Origin: Peribolospora baueri
Taxonomy: Eukaryota
DNA length: 64,000 bases
Direction of reading: 5' to 3'
Assembly: GCA_029717555.1 (NCBI GenBank)
Contig: JAMDHS010000090.1
Location: 1-64,000 of the forward strand
Shown: positions 13,101 through 26,900 of the stretch, one piece after another
How the letters are laid out: the number at the start of each line of letters is the position of its first letter
Numbering within the stretch: position 1 is the stretch's first letter
The notes under the pieces: model-generated
The model's input: the letters and a program-made list of their open reading frames with translations, nothing else
Database searches by the model: none
Told to the model about the DNA's origin: nothing
Translations under genes and position numbers: made by a program

Positions 13101-13857
13101 TCTGCGCTCGTCCTCCGCCTCCTCTTCTGCCAGTGCTGGGGCTCCTGCTGCCTCCGCCGCCTCCAAACCCGCGGTGGGGAAGCGAAAGTTGAGTGGCCGA
13201 TGGGGTGAGATGGGTCCTCCCAGCTGGAACGTGATGGGGCTCATGAAGATTGGAGAGGAGGAGGGCGAGGGTGAGGAGGTACCTGCTCCTGAGGACGGTG
13301 GAAGACGAGGCTCCACACGCACTTCAGACGTCGACATTAACGGTGGCAACGGTAACGGTAACGGTAATGGTAACGGTAACGGTAACAGTAACGACAGCGA
13401 CAAGCCAAGAAGGAGAGGCCCTCGACCGAGCGCGGCGGACATCCTTTTGGAGCACATCGCCGCTCGCGCCCCCTCTTTCTCTGCTATCGACTCTTCCTCT
13501 TTCCTCGGCTCGTCGACCGGGAAGGTTACGTCGTTCGGTCTTGGCTTGGATGACGATGATGATGATGATGAACTCAACATGGATATGGATGGAGGAGAGT
13601 GCGTGGGAGAAGGAATGGGTGAAGGAGGCAAGGCTTTCAACGGAGGTCGAGAAAGCATAGTGTCGGAGCACTCCTACGTCCTCGCCTCCTCTTCCTCGTC
13701 CGGCAGCATCTCCTCCGTCCGACCCGTCACGCCCGTCCATGAAGGCGACGGGTCCTTCCTCACGCCCTTGAGGGGTGGACTGGGTATGCAGGAAGGGATG
13801 GGCGCAGGCGCGGGGACGGGGAGGAACTGGGAGCTGGTGGAGGGAGGGGAGGTGTGA
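10117..13857 (+). CDS. ASE1: Anaphase spindle elongation / microtubule-bundling protein, MAP65/Ase1/PRC1 family
   Basis: Coiled-coil exons plus the hallmark DQSRLLGRGTRGDPGRLLREEKMRKRIQREKPK...IPAWEEQHGREFYYDG. Long disordered S/G/R-rich last exon with (GGTAAC)n and acidic repeats. Confidence 0.9.
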
Positions 13858-14413
13858 GCGCTTGAACGGACGATCAGGACAGATGGGAGCGTAAGCGGAC
13901 TGCTCTTGCTCTTTCTTTCGAGTTCCTCCCCCCCGTCTTTTCTCGCCTCGTATTTCGAGTCGCCCACCGCCGTGACAGATCTATACCCGACATGCCCCGC
14001 CTCCCTCTTCCTCGCCTCCATCTTTCGCTTTCAGGGCAGGCTTCCCGACTCGGGAGTTCGGATCTCGCGTGTGCTTCTTCTCCTCCCTTTTCCTTCTCTC
14101 TTTTTTTGTCGTTGTCGCTAGCTTGTCCCTTCTTCCCTCCTGTTGTACTCTATCTCATCTGTCTTCGGTTCGGCAAACCTTGGTTGACACGGAGCTCTCG
14201 GCTGTTTGAGCGGGAGAGTGCCGACCTTCGCTTCGTCCATCCGTGTGCAGGCGTTGCCTTTGCACCATGAGCGTCTATGATAGTGAGAGGAAGTGGGAGT
14301 ATAGCTAGGGTACAGGCCACTTCTCTTTATTCGCCTACACCGCTCGTCGTCGTCACCCTAATGGAAGCAAGCGAAATTTTAACCGACACTCGATCCAACC
14401 CTATCCAAGGCGA

Positions 14414-16798
14414 TCAAATCCCTCCGTCCTCCTCTAAGCGCGCCTTGTAATACCTCACCATCTCCTCCACGCCCATTCTCATCGTCCAGCGTGGCTGCCA
14501 ACCGAGGAGCCTCTTGGCCTTGGACGAATCGGAGCGACGGCGTTGCGGGTCGTCCTGCAGCGCTGACAGGAAGATGATGCGCGACGGAGCCGGGCGTCCG
14601 GGGCGGCCAGGAGGGCGTGGAACGGAAGCCGGGTCCGCGACGGTACCGTCTGGAGCGGACTCCGAGACGGTTGCCGACTGGGGCTTCTTTACCGGCGTAG
14701 CCAACTCGTCCGCTACTTCCTCTCCCTCCTTGAGTTTGTTCTCCTTGCCGTCGACGCCACCATGCTGCTGCTGCTGCCTCCATGCCTCGTCCTCCTCGTC
14801 CCTGACAGCCTCCACAGCTTCTCGGATGATGTTGGCAAACTCAAGTATGCTGCACTCGTCCGAGCTGCCCAGGTTGACGGGCGACTCCTCGAGCTCCCTC
14901 CCTTCCGACTCCATGAGCAGAATGAGGCCGTCAATAAGATCGTGCACGTACATGAAGCTCCTCGTCTGAGAGCCGTCGCCGTATACCGTCATGTCCTCTC
15001 CGCGGAGGGCCTGGAGGATAAAGTTGGACACCACCCGCCCGTCGACCGGGTTCATGCGCGGACCAAACGTGTTGAAGATTCGCGCCACACGCACATCGAC
15101 GTCGCCTTGGCGCGCATAGCCGTATGTCAGCGTCTCGGCCACGCGCTTGCCCTCGTCATAGCATGCTCGGGGACCGATCGGGTTTACGTTGCCGTTGTAC
15201 TATTAAATAAATATCATTGGGTCAACGAAGAAGAGGCAAGCAGAAGCGTGAGCGAGTAGAATGACGACAGAGGACGACAGAGGACGAGTGAATGCACTCA
15301 CGCTTTCCGGCTGTGGATGCACCTCTGGATCTCCGTAGACCTCTGCGGCGACGTCGAGCAGAAGCACACAGGGCCCGCACAGGTCAGCGACCGAAATTCT
15401 GCATTTTCGTCTTTCGCATGACAGCAGTTCCTTCTCACCGGATGTGCTGGCCAATAAGAAGCGCGCCTTGACTCGCTTGGCGAGTCCTAGCATGTTCAAG
15501 GTGCCTTGGAAGCTCGTCTTCATCGTCTTTACCGCGTTGTACTGATAGTGCACCGGCGACGCTGTGCAAAGTGTGACGTTACAAGCATTTCCAGTTGAGT
15601 TCGAAAAAATCTGGACGAAGAGTTCCCTACATGATCCTCTGACCCGACACTCACCAGGACAAGCGAGGTGATAGATGCGATCGCACTCGACCATGACGTC
15701 CTGTACGACATCGTGTCGGACGAGCTCGAAGTTGGGATGGCCGATCCAATGGCTGACGGTGGTCTTTGAGCCGGTGAAAAAATTGTCAAGCACGGTCACC
15801 TCGTGTCCCAAGAGCATCAATCGGTCCACGAGGTGGGATCCCACGAAGCCGGCCCCGCCGGTGACGAGAATGCGCAGCTTTTGAGAGGCGGGAAGCATGC
15901 GCACTGGCGGGTAGTGCGAGGTAGCCGCGTAGGCATAGGCTCGGAGCGGTGCGGAAATGCCAGACGTAGGAAGGGAAGCGGCAGGGACGACGGAATGGTG
16001 GGCTGTACTGCCGTGATCCCCTTCCTGATAATGCACAGCTGAGAGAGTCCACGGAGGTGGAGCGGGGGTCAGGACCTGCCAGGCGCCACTGGGGTCGGTA
16101 GCAAATGGACGGTGGTTAAGCGTTTCGTACTGTCGACGAAGGTAGAGGCTGCGGAGAAGGTCGATGGGTACGATGCTGCACACCGAGGCGTGGCCGACTC
16201 CAAGGATCCCTTTGCCTTCCCTGCTAATGACGGGCAGCTTGGAGAGATCTTCTGAGTCATGGCTGCTGGAGGCGGTAGAGGACTGGCGGACGAAGGTCGA
16301 CGACTGGAAGCGCTCTGGGTCGATGGAGGTGGAAGAGCTTTGCTGGAAATAGGAGGCCGAACGGTGAGAAGGTCCGCTGGCACTGCTGGCGTTGGAACCA
16401 GAGCGCACTCTGCCGAAGGCTTGACCTCTGGGCGAAGCGAGAGGATATCCGGAGAGGGGCTGAAAATAGGCATCAGGGATGGGGGTGCCTGGGGCGGTGT
16501 TGGTGGGCGTGCTGACCTCGCTGAGGAGGTCGAGGTGGCTCCTCGAGCCGTGATCGGCGGCGACGGACCAGGCGTCTCCGGCGTCGCTCGAGGCGGAGGA
16601 GGACGACGGGCGGAGCTGGGCGGCGCCATAAATACGATTGCGGGCTGCAGCGAGGGCGGAGAGGGCAGTGGAAGCGTCTGCGCCGGGAGGGGGAGGTTGC
16701 TGTTGCTGTTGCTGTTGCTGTTGTAGCCGGGTGGGTGAGGGGGGGGAAATAGAGAGGGCGGCGAGGGACTCGGTCGGGGAATCCGGGTCGGCTGCCAT
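14414..16798 (-). CDS. UXS1: UDP-glucuronic acid decarboxylase (UDP-xylose synthase) with a long disordered N-terminal extension
   Basis: [108 protein letters not shown]. Confidence 0.95.
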
Positions 16799-17245
16799 GG
16801 TTGCGAAAGGATGGTGGAGGGCGGTCGTAAAGAGCGAAGCTTGGGTTGAGCTGAGGTGCCGGCGTGGACGGTAGAAGTGGTCGTCGTTGTCGTCGCCGGC
16901 CTTCTCTTCTTAGTCTATTGGCGGGTCGCGTAACGGCGGACCCTGCGCAAGCAACGAACGACTGCGGTCAAGAAGGGGAGTGCTTGGCTTGGCTGACGTC
17001 AAGGCGAGGAGAGAGGCGAAGGAGGAGGATCACTTCTGACAGACCCACCGGCGTCAAGCAACGCACGACGTGGAACAGCAGCCGGAAGCCCATTCGCTGA
17101 GTTGGTGAGCCGGAAAGAGCAGAGCAGACACGAACAGCAGCGAGCTTCGTCAGTCAACGACAGGCGGACAAACGAAAAAAGGATTGACGACGAACGCGAC
17201 TCACCGCGCAATCCCGTTCACCACCCAGTTCCATCACCCTCCGTC

Positions 17246-17896
17246 ATGGATGGCTCCTCCGCTTCTCACCCGAACTATGTCCGTCTGCGCTCCTCTGACG
17301 GATGGGAGTTCATCCTCGACTACCGGTGCGCAACCGTCTCCGGTACCATCAGGAGCATGCTCGCAGGCGCCGGAGAGGGAGGCGGATTCGCCGAGGCCGA
17401 GACTTGGACGGCTGACTTGCAGATTCGGTGAGCGGGAAAGACGATTCGATTCGTCTTTCGTTTATCTTCGTGGATCTGTTGGTGGTTTGCCTGATATGTT
17501 TTGTCAACGTTTCCAATGGACTCTACTCTCTCTTTCCCCACTCTCTAGCGGTATCGTCCTCCAGAAGGTCGTCGAGTACCTCCACTGGAACGTCCGCTAC
17601 TCGGGATCGAAGGAGGAACCTCCCGAGTTTGGCGAGAACAAGATCCCGCCAGAGATCGCACTGGAACTGTGAGTCCAATTCTTCCCCCGTCGGTCTGGTC
17701 AGCAAAGTGTTTCTGCCGTCTCATCCTGATTGTGTTGTTCGCTCCGATCTAACTTTGTCGCTCACTCAGCCTCATGAGCGCTGACTTCCTCGAAGGTGCG
17801 TGGATCAGTCTCCGCTTGCGCGAACAAACATGGCCGATGAGTCCATGACCCTGTCGCGCCCATTAACCTTTTCTCTCCTCTTGTCCTTCAGTTTGA
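17246..17896 (+). CDS. ELC1: Elongin C
   Basis: YVRLRSSDGWEFILDYRCATVSGTIRSML...GFAEA, IVLQKVVEYLHWNVRY...IPPEIALELLMSADFLE. Four exons; the last coding exon is only TT+TGA (17892-17896). Confidence 0.92.
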
Positions 17897-18587
17897 ATAT
17901 GCGCAAACTTTAGGTACTGGGACTGCCCGTGTCCTAATGAATGCAGCATCGCACCGCACCGCAATAGACTACCGGCCGCATCCACAGCGAAAACTAAAAA
18001 AGAACGAGCGGGCCGGTGTCACGAGAGCCATGTCCCCTCGAGCATTGGATGGTAGCCACATTGCTCTGCCTACTTATTCTTACATCTCATCCAGCGTGCT
18101 CCCCTCTCTTCCTTGCACTCTCCTCCCCCATTCGGCCGAGCTGAATGCTGGCTTGATCGTCAAGCTCCTCGACCTCTCGCCAATGGACGTACCAAGATTG
18201 CTCGCTCTCTTGGATAAGATCGAGGCTGCCAAGCGTCCAACGCGGGGCAGCAGGGGCTTTCGTCTGAGTAGAAGAGGATGGGGGTCCAGATACATGGCTG
18301 TGTACATATATACGGGTGCTCAATCCGATGAAGCCCTGCCATCACGAGAATCACATGGAGTGAACGCAGGCCGGTCGCCTTCCGTCTACGTCTCCGCCAG
18401 TCTCGCAGAAAGAGCGCACACAAGTCCGTGTGTCGAGATGAAAAGGTCATGTTCTATGGCGAGCTGGTGGGGTCGATCCCTGCAAATGTACCCTCCGCCC
18501 ACCCCTCTTGCTCGGGCTTGAAAGCAACACTCGTCAATGCCAGAAGATGAAACAGACAAAGAGCAAGGGAGGCTCACGAAGAGTAGC

Positions 18588-18604
18588 CACGTGACTGTCA
18601 CGTG
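18588..18604. promoter_or_regulatory. Palindromic double E-box CACGTGAC-T-GTCACGTG (candidate bHLH/Cbf1-type site)
   Basis: Perfect 17-bp inverted arrangement of two GTCACGTG sites, about 315 bp upstream of the ATG at 18918. Confidence 0.5.
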
Positions 18605-18917
18605 CTATACGCGATCAGACGCGTGCCTCCTGATGTCCAAGAAGATCGGGACGGGCGAGTAGTCGTTGCTCCTCTCCTCCTCTCTCCATCCCTCACGCCT
18701 CCTGCCCGTTGCCTTCCCCATACCTCTGCTTGCATTTGAGAAGTTTTCGTCTTTTTGCACCTGCTTGCTTGCACTTCTTGGTTCCCTTGGTACCGCTAGA
18801 GTTTTGCATTTCTCAGACTTCAATCGCCTTCCCCATCGCTCCCGACGCACCGCATCTTGCTTTCTCCCAATTCTGTTTTCACCGCATCGCATCCCCGCAC
18901 CTCAGCTGTTTGGCTCA

Positions 18918-21900
18918 ATGGCCACAGGGACTTGCTCCGACTCTTTTTCATTGCACTCTCACTCTCAGCCCGCCAGCCCTCCTTCGCTCCCTCTAGCCCG
19001 CGTGCACCGCCTTCTCCGCCCACTTCGCACCAAGGTCACAGCGCTTACTTCCCTCCTCGAGCGACAGCCTATTGACGCTCCGTCTGAGGCTGGCCTCTAC
19101 CAAGAACCCGTACGTGGAAATGGCGAGGCCGTTTCCGAGCTCGAGCGAGAGGACGACGCCGTCTTTCGCAACCCCATATCTCGCTGCCCTCGCGTGACCT
19201 ACGGCGGACGAGCCAAGCGAGGTGCCTCAACCGGAGCATCTTCCTCTACTCGCGGTTGCAGGTCCGGAACTTTTGCCGCTTCCGGCGCTGGGACGAGTGC
19301 TAAGGCCAGGGAAAGGAGGAGCGCGACGGGCACGTTGGCCTCCTCCGCCGCTGGGACCTCTTCGCCTTTTCAACACCCTTATGCCTTCGACGATCGACGC
19401 CCTTCCTCCTTCGGCCCAAATGGAAACCGCCCCGTTATCTTCTACAACGCCTCCTCTCTTCTCTATTCAACCACGACTACGACTGCAAATAACAACAGAC
19501 GTCGCAGGACCCTCTCCACCTCATTTCCTTCTGACCGCACGGCATCCATTCCCCTTCCAATCCCGGCGCCGGATTTGACTCGCCCGTCGGACGAGCTGAA
19601 CAAGAAGATCAAGGGAGTCGTTGATGCGTTTCGGAACGTTCTGGAGGTATGCTGTCGAAGTGAAAAGGGCTTGACAGCCTCCCATAATCCTGGCGTGACA
19701 CCGATGGGGACGAGGACAGGGAGGTGCCTGCCCTCCCTCGCCACGCTTGCCGCCCGCGTCGTAGGCTCCCATATCGAAACCAACCTCCTTCCTTCTCCGG
19801 AAACCGATGCTGAGGAAGGAGTGCGGGGAACCTCGCACACGGACGATGAGTCGATGCAGCGGACAGATGAGTGGTATGAGGCCGTTCCTGCTCACTACCG
19901 ATGGTGAGTTCGTCGAGTCTTTCCTTTTCTTTCCCGTCGTTTCACGTGGTGACCGATTGACTGACTTTGGTGTTCTTTTTGCATCCTCGCTCCGAATCTT
20001 TACTACGCTTCCCTCAAATTTCAGTCCTGCTCTGGCCCATCACGCCGTGCATGTTATCACCGAGCACTTGCCCTTGCCACCACCCATCGGGCTGTTGGAG
20101 CACTTGCTCATTGCTTGCGTTCAGACGGGCGCAGAAGCTGAGGTGAGCTGGGTTAAGAGAGAAGGGACGGACGGGGTTGGGCACTGGTGGCAGTCAGGCT
20201 CACTGTATCTTTTGCCGGATATGCATTTCTGTTTCAAGGCCCACCAGCTCGCCACTCTCTTCCTCCCCGCTCTGGTTTGCTCTCTCTCCTCCGAACCTCC
20301 CACGTCGACCACGGTCATCTTCAATGCAGACGGCCTTCTCCACACCCTTCATCGTGCCTGCCTCGCCCTCGGCCAGCCCTTTCTATTTGCTTCGGAATTG
20401 ACCAAGTCTTTTAAAGAACATGCGGCGGACCACTCCCCGGACCTCGTGTGGCTCTCGTCGCGCGTGGACGCTTTCGCCCGCACGTGCCAGGACGCGAGTC
20501 TCGTGGGACGACTGGCCGAGGGGATGATCTATAACGTCCTGGCTGTCGACGTGTCCAAGCCTCGCTTCGTTGACGAATACGACATCGATGGTCAGGATAA
20601 CGTGGAGAGCAACCCCATGGAATCGGGCATCCGGCTCTCCGAACAACCGCCGCGCAAGCGGCAGCGTTTATCTGATGTCATAGGTAATCGCCCTGCTTCT
20701 AGTGGCGAAGCCTCGAGCCTACACGCCAGAGCATCCAACTCGAGCTCGAGCGCCTTCTTGCAAGACTCCTCTCTTCAAGAAAGGCACGACACCTCAGTAT
20801 CTCTTCCCATTTGCCTCTCATCAGCTTCAGAATTGGCGAAACCGCTTCGGTCCCAAGGAACGCGGAAGCTCGACCAGTCGGTCCTTCTAGCAAGCGAAGC
20901 TCGTCTAGGAGCTTGGTTGAAGCTCCTCTTTAAGCTCTCAGCTGCTGGAGCTACCGGAGACTCAGCCGCCGAAGAGTTAGCGGAGTTCTTGATGCAGCTC
21001 CCCGTGTCGCCAGAGTGGGGTGCGGCGTTGGCTGGTTTAAACGGGAACAAGGCCCAAAAGGCAACTATAGGACGAGGATGTGCGGAGAGGAACCGCGGCC
21101 AAGCGATAACGGCTACGGTGATGGCCAGAGAGGCAGCCGCTGCGATTGACAGCATTGGGAATTTGCTCGCAGGCCTCGTCCTTCCCGCTTTGGATGATGA
21201 AGCGGAGCTTTTGGATGACTTCACGTCCCAAAAAGCCCCACGTCTCCGGCCTGTCTGGTCGGGTCAATCTGGAGACAGCAGAGGCTGGTCCGCCATTTTC
21301 GCCAGATTGGCAATCGCTTGCTCCGTCCACGCTCTCGACCACACTTACGTCCACCAATCTCCTGCGAATCTCATCGGCGACGAACCTTGTTCTATGGCCG
21401 ACTCTGCGCTGTTGCTGAGACGCCGCAAGGCCCTGGCGCGACGCATCTCGCTTCTCTCTGACCTCATTTCTGCGAGCTCCGCACCCGGGCTGGACGCTTC
21501 TGCTGCCCACCCTTCTAGGCCCCGCGCCGAGACATCTCGTTCTTGCCCATTCACCCTCTCCCATCGCTCCCATACCCAACCGCTCTCGTCCCTATACGCC
21601 CACTCGCACACCGATCCCCCGCGACTTATCCGCCTTGCGACTGCCCTCGGCGAGGCTGGACTCCCCGTTCTAGAGGCCGCAACGCTCAAGAGAGCACTAG
21701 CGAGTTGGGAGGCTTGGGAGACGGCCTTGCTCTACAAAGCTTCTGCGACAAATGCGAGGGATGACGAAGACGCGAAGGAAGGGAACGAGCTGCGTTTGGC
21801 CGAAATGCTGAGCTTCCGATTCGCAGAACTCGGAGAGCGGCTCGAGGATGCGGAACGGAGGGCCGTCCGGACTGCTCTTCGCCAACTTCCTGTCTCTCGC

Positions 21901-23496
21901 AATGGTGAGTCGGCTGGGGTCGAGGTCAGTGGTAGGACCGACCAAAATAGGAAAACGCGGCGGGACGAAGCGCAAAGGAGAGGCGATAATGACGATGACC
22001 GAAAGGAGTGGAGGTATGAGGATGCGCTCGGAGCATGGTATCTTGCTACTCCTGAACATCGAGACGACAAGAGAGGGGACGGAGGATCTGAAGCACGGTT
22101 TAGGTTGAGGTTGGAATCGGGTTCCTTCGACGATCCATACGTCCAACGCAGCTTGGACGAGCACCGGGGGGATGATTCGAGTCTGCCTCCCTCGTCCCCG
22201 GAGTTGCCTCAAACCAGAAGAAGCACAGCCGTCTTTTGCCGGCACCGCCCACGACCGGCCATTCGGTCTGTCGCGCCCGCTAGCCGTCCACGGCCGTCTC
22301 GAACCGCATCGTCAGAAGAAGAGGGCGACCGCCTTTCCTTCCTCTCTTCCGATTCCGAAACAGAAGCAAATCACTCAGACTCTTCGTACTTTGATGGCAC
22401 CTTCTCGGCAAACGATCGTCCTCCACGTCGTCCCTCCGTGTCTCCCGAAACTTCTTTTACCACTATCGCCTCCTCCGCCTCACCTTGGAAGACCCCGCTT
22501 TCTCGAGGCTCCTCGCCGCCCTCTCTCTCCGGCTTCGGCCACGAAGAAGCAGAGGCGGCGAGACCGAGGCCGTTCGTCATCTCGATGACGCCCGGACTGG
22601 GGCCCTTCGTCAGGAGCAGCAGCTCCTCGCCTTTTGTCGCTGCTGCGTGGAGGGGGAGACATGCTGCAGGAAGTGGCTCTGGCGTTGCTGGTGCCCGCGT
22701 CAACGGCAAGAAGGGTAGGACGATGCTCGGACCCCAGCAGAGGGCGAGTCGCGTTTCTACCTCCTCCGACACGTTCCATTCGCGACCGTCCGCAAGGCAT
22801 CACCGGGCCGCCTCGAATTTGACCCTGGGCAGCGGGACTGGGACCATGAGCATGTGGCAGCCTGCATCTACGAGCGAGGCTTGGTTGCCTAGCTCGCCTA
22901 CACCCCACCTTGACTTTGCGAGCCGGGTGTCTGCGCGGAGGGGTGGGAGCGGAAGGAAGAGGGCTTGGCATGTCGCACTTGAGCAGACCTCCTCCGCGGA
23001 CGGCAGGGATGGGCTCCACGAAGTTGGAGAGCCCGAGAACGGAGAGGTCGAAGATGTGCAAGAGCGACGCCGCCGGAGCGACGCAGGACTGGCGTCCGAG
23101 TCTGCGACGGAGGCCTCAAGCTCTTCAGCAACGCAGCGCGATGAGGATCTTGATTATGAAGGGGACATGCATGAAGAGGACTCATCCGTCCTCTCCACTT
23201 TTCCAAATAGACTGACATCGAAGGTTCGGCCGGGACGTCCACACCTCGCTCGATCCTCTGCCGTAGCATCATCTCACCTTCCGACATGTGCTTCCTACTC
23301 CGACCGAGCCCGTACCCTCGCTCCTAAGCCGATGGGTCATATTACGCCTCGCCGTCCACGCCGGAATTCTCGCCCGCGGCAGGGACGGACAACTCACGAG
23401 GCGGGCGCCAGTAGAGTGAGGTTGGACGAGAACGATCACGACGACATCGATCTGTTTGCCGTGTCTTCTCCCGTCGTGCCGGGGGCGGGGAGATGA
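18918..23496 (+). CDS. Large (~1400 aa) uncharacterised fungal protein with helical N-terminal half and S/R-rich disordered C-terminus
   Basis: Exon 1 18918-~19903 (RVHRLLRPLRTK, LPSLATLAARVVG, DEWYEAVPAHYR), introns at ~19904-20024 and 20143-20238, then a >3.2 kb open exon to TGA at 23496. No recognised domain. Confidence 0.75.
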
Positions 23497-23903
23497 TAAG
23501 AAGATTGGGCAGTTGAGGAACAGATGCACCCAAAAGCGAGCGCGCTTTGTATGTAGAGCGGCTCACGATCTTATGCCAATGCAGAATTGGAGACGGTCTG
23601 AACCGTACCTTCTCTTAGTGAACGACGATGGGAAGATGACTCGACATCTGTGTAGGCGTACGCCTGAATTCCCGTGTAAGTTAGTCCGCTGTGATGAGAT
23701 CTAGTCTACATTCAGAATGGTAAGGAAGCGACGCCGGCCGGGATAGCTCTTCTCAGATGATGGTGTCTAGTGTTCCTGGGCGGATGCGTGAGTGCATGAA
23801 GATCCAGCCGGGAAAATGGAAAACGTTGTTATCCTAGCTTCGCTACTCTCGAAGCTGCCACTGTCCTTCTCGGCCATCTCGTCACCGGACCAACGGATAC
23901 CTT

Positions 23904-26900
23904 TTACCGCTCTGGCCGCCGAGAGGACGGCGGCGTCGACAGTGCTGTCTGGGAGGGGTCATCTGTCACAGGACTGCCATCCGGGGATGCGGGGCGAGTG
24001 GTGGACAAAGGCGTATTTGCGGCACTCCTTCTGTTCCGACGCTTCTCCTTCTGCTTCTCCGCCCACTCTTTGCCCCGGGCCTTGAGCTCCTCCTCGTCGT
24101 CGCGTGAGAGATTCGTCTCCCGCACGCCCAAGAGGACGCTCACAAGGGCAACGCCACACGCCGCTGAAGGTTAGGGGGAGGCAAGGGATACGAACACAAA
24201 AGATATCGTCAGTCTTCCCGCCTGAAAAGACTCTCGCTATAAATGATTATGCCCACCAGTTGCGAAATAGAAGACCTGCCATGGCGCAATGCGGAACGAA
24301 GATGAGCATCGTAGGGAAAGGGCAAGCGGACTAGTGGACGGTGTATGACGCTCACATTGTGAAAGCCTTTAGTGTAGGCATCAATGATGGCGCTGCGCGT
24401 AGCAGCATCGACGTTCAACCTCGAATAGACAACAGTAGGATCGTTGAGTACGGCCGAGATCGTCCCGTCGTCCAAGCCGAGGCCCCTGAGATTGGAAAGA
24501 AGCGAGTTGTTGAGGATGGCAAAGCAGATGGCCAGCGAGATAGTCCCGCCGAGGAGTCGGATAAAGTTGCGTAATGCGGTCACGACTGCCATATCCTTCC
24601 TCTCCACGACGGCCTGCGCTGCGATGAGGGTTGTCTGGAGCGTACCGCCAACGCCGACGCCAGCGATGAGAAGGAAACCGATGCCTTGTCCCACGGGCGA
24701 GGAGGGTTCGAAAAGGCCAAGCAAGCCGACGGCAAGGGTGAAGAGGACGAAGCCAGTGAGAATGATCGCTTTGTATCGGCCCGTTTGGGAGACGACGATG
24801 CCAGCAATGGTGGAGCAAATGCCTTTGAATGAAGATTTGGTCACACGGGAAATGAACAATGACAGTTGTGGTCTCATATTAGCACGCGCACCGGTTGCGA
24901 CAAGGAGAGGAAAGACCACTCACTCTGAGTAAACATGAGGGGGAGAAGCATGACGCCAGCGAGTACGCCAGAATAGCCTCGAACGACTTGATAAAATTGG
25001 GGAACGAAGTAAAGCAAACAGTACTGGACGATACCATTCATCAATGTTTGTATCATCACTGAGCAAATCGTGACGTTCTTCGAGGACAGGAAAAAGCAGG
25101 AAAGGCAGCAGGTCAGCGTTGGGGCCAGGGAGCGAGAAAGGGGTGACTTGATCGACAGACTTTGAACAAGTGCATCGGCATGATGGGCAAGGAGACGAGC
25201 TTCCACTCGACCAAGCAGAAGACGATCATCAGGACACAGCCGATGATCAGAGTGGAGAGGACGTGCGCCGAGGACCAAGGGTAGGTCGTTCCGCCCCTGC
25301 GAATTCAATGAAGGTAGACATGCGGTGAGGAGACCGGGTTGCGAATGACGACAGGGAGCAGGCGGACGAGTACACTTACCAGTTCAAAGGCAGCAAGATG
25401 AGGATGGTGGCGGCGAGGATGAGGAAAGTGCCCCACCAATCGACCTTGACCAGTTTACCCTTGACGTCGCCCTTGACTCGTTTCAGAGGCAGGAGGAAGA
25501 CAATCACAGCTGTGGCTATGAGTGTGAGGGGGACGGAGATGATGAAGCTGATATGGGCGGGACCGCGGGACCGCGTAGTTGCAAGGGCAAAAGAGGGTCA
25601 AACAAGTTATATCGCCCAACTATGTTGACTCTTGCGTACAAATGGAGCGTTCAAATGCCAAAACGGGAAAAAGAAGACGACTCACCACCACCGCCAGCTA
25701 GCTTCGCTCAGCACACCACCAAGCAACGGGCCGACAGAGTTGGAGATGGCCACGACGGATCCCAAAATACCTTGGTATTTGCCTCTGGGAGACCGAGTGA
25801 TTGATGAAAGCGTTTGAGCTTTAAATCCATGCCTGACAAACACACGTCCTCTTCGGAAACGACCTTGCAAAAGCAAACTCACCGTTCTCTGAGAGAGACG
25901 ACGTCGGAGACGATGGTCATCACGAGCGTCACTATTCCACCTCCGCCAATGCCGGCGATGGCTCGGAATGTGATCAACTGGGTCATCGTTTGAGCGGCGG
26001 CGCAGAGGGCTGAGCCGATGCTGGATAAGGTGAAAATCATGCGTACGAAAGTGTGGGTGGAGGACAGGCGTACAGTGTCCGACGTTGCAGGCTCAGCGAA
26101 CAAGGTTGTTCGGAACCAGTAGACCAGAAGAGGATGGACAATGATATGCGCGAAAGACAGCGCGAGCTCACAGAAACATGACAAGGGCAAAGATCATGAC
26201 GCTCTTGCGACCGAAGATATCAGAAAAGCGTCCGTACAAGGGTTGGAAAGCTTTTCGCGTTGCGGGAAGACGGTAAAAGAGCTGTGAGCCGGTCGTCTGC
26301 GTCTGTGCCTCCACTCGCCCTGCAAAGCACAGCGCTAGAACCAACGGGTCCCAGCACTCACCCGTACTGGTGACTAGATAACTTGTTCCAACCCAAGCGC
26401 TATCCTGACCTTGGTGGAACGCGCTGGCGATCTTTGGCAAGGCGGTGGAGACGATGGTCTGATCTAGGAGGGAGCAGAGGAGGGCGAGAGAGAGCGCCAT
26501 GAAGACGGTGATGATCTGTGTCGAAGAAGAAGGGGACACAAGACGAAGGTCGGTACGATTCCACGGGTAGATCCGTTTTTAAAGGTTGTCTAAGCTCGAC
26601 CGAAAGGTGGGCAAGACGAAAGGACGGAAGACAGGGACAGACCTGCTTCGTGGGCAAGAGGTTCGTCTGATCCTGGATCTGACTGCTTTCCTTCTTCCTC
26701 TTGTCTGAGCCAGTCTGGTCATCACCGGCGGTGCCACCACTCTCAGGGCGCTCGCTGTGGTCCCTCGAGTCTGGTCGTCCCTCCGCCTCTTCCCTCTTCT
26801 GCGCAGCAACCGTGACCTGCCCTGTCGACTCTGATCGAGGCGTCTCTGGAAACGCGACACGACCTTCCTCCATGCTCTTCTCGACGGGCTGATGCACAGC

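Noticed and set aside
12177..13658. 493-aa minus-strand ORF
   Set aside because: Antisense shadow of the GC-rich ASE1 last exon; no domain.
17937..18580. ORFs and splice-like signals between ELC1 and the large unknown gene
   Set aside because: No consistent reading frame or recognisable protein on either strand.
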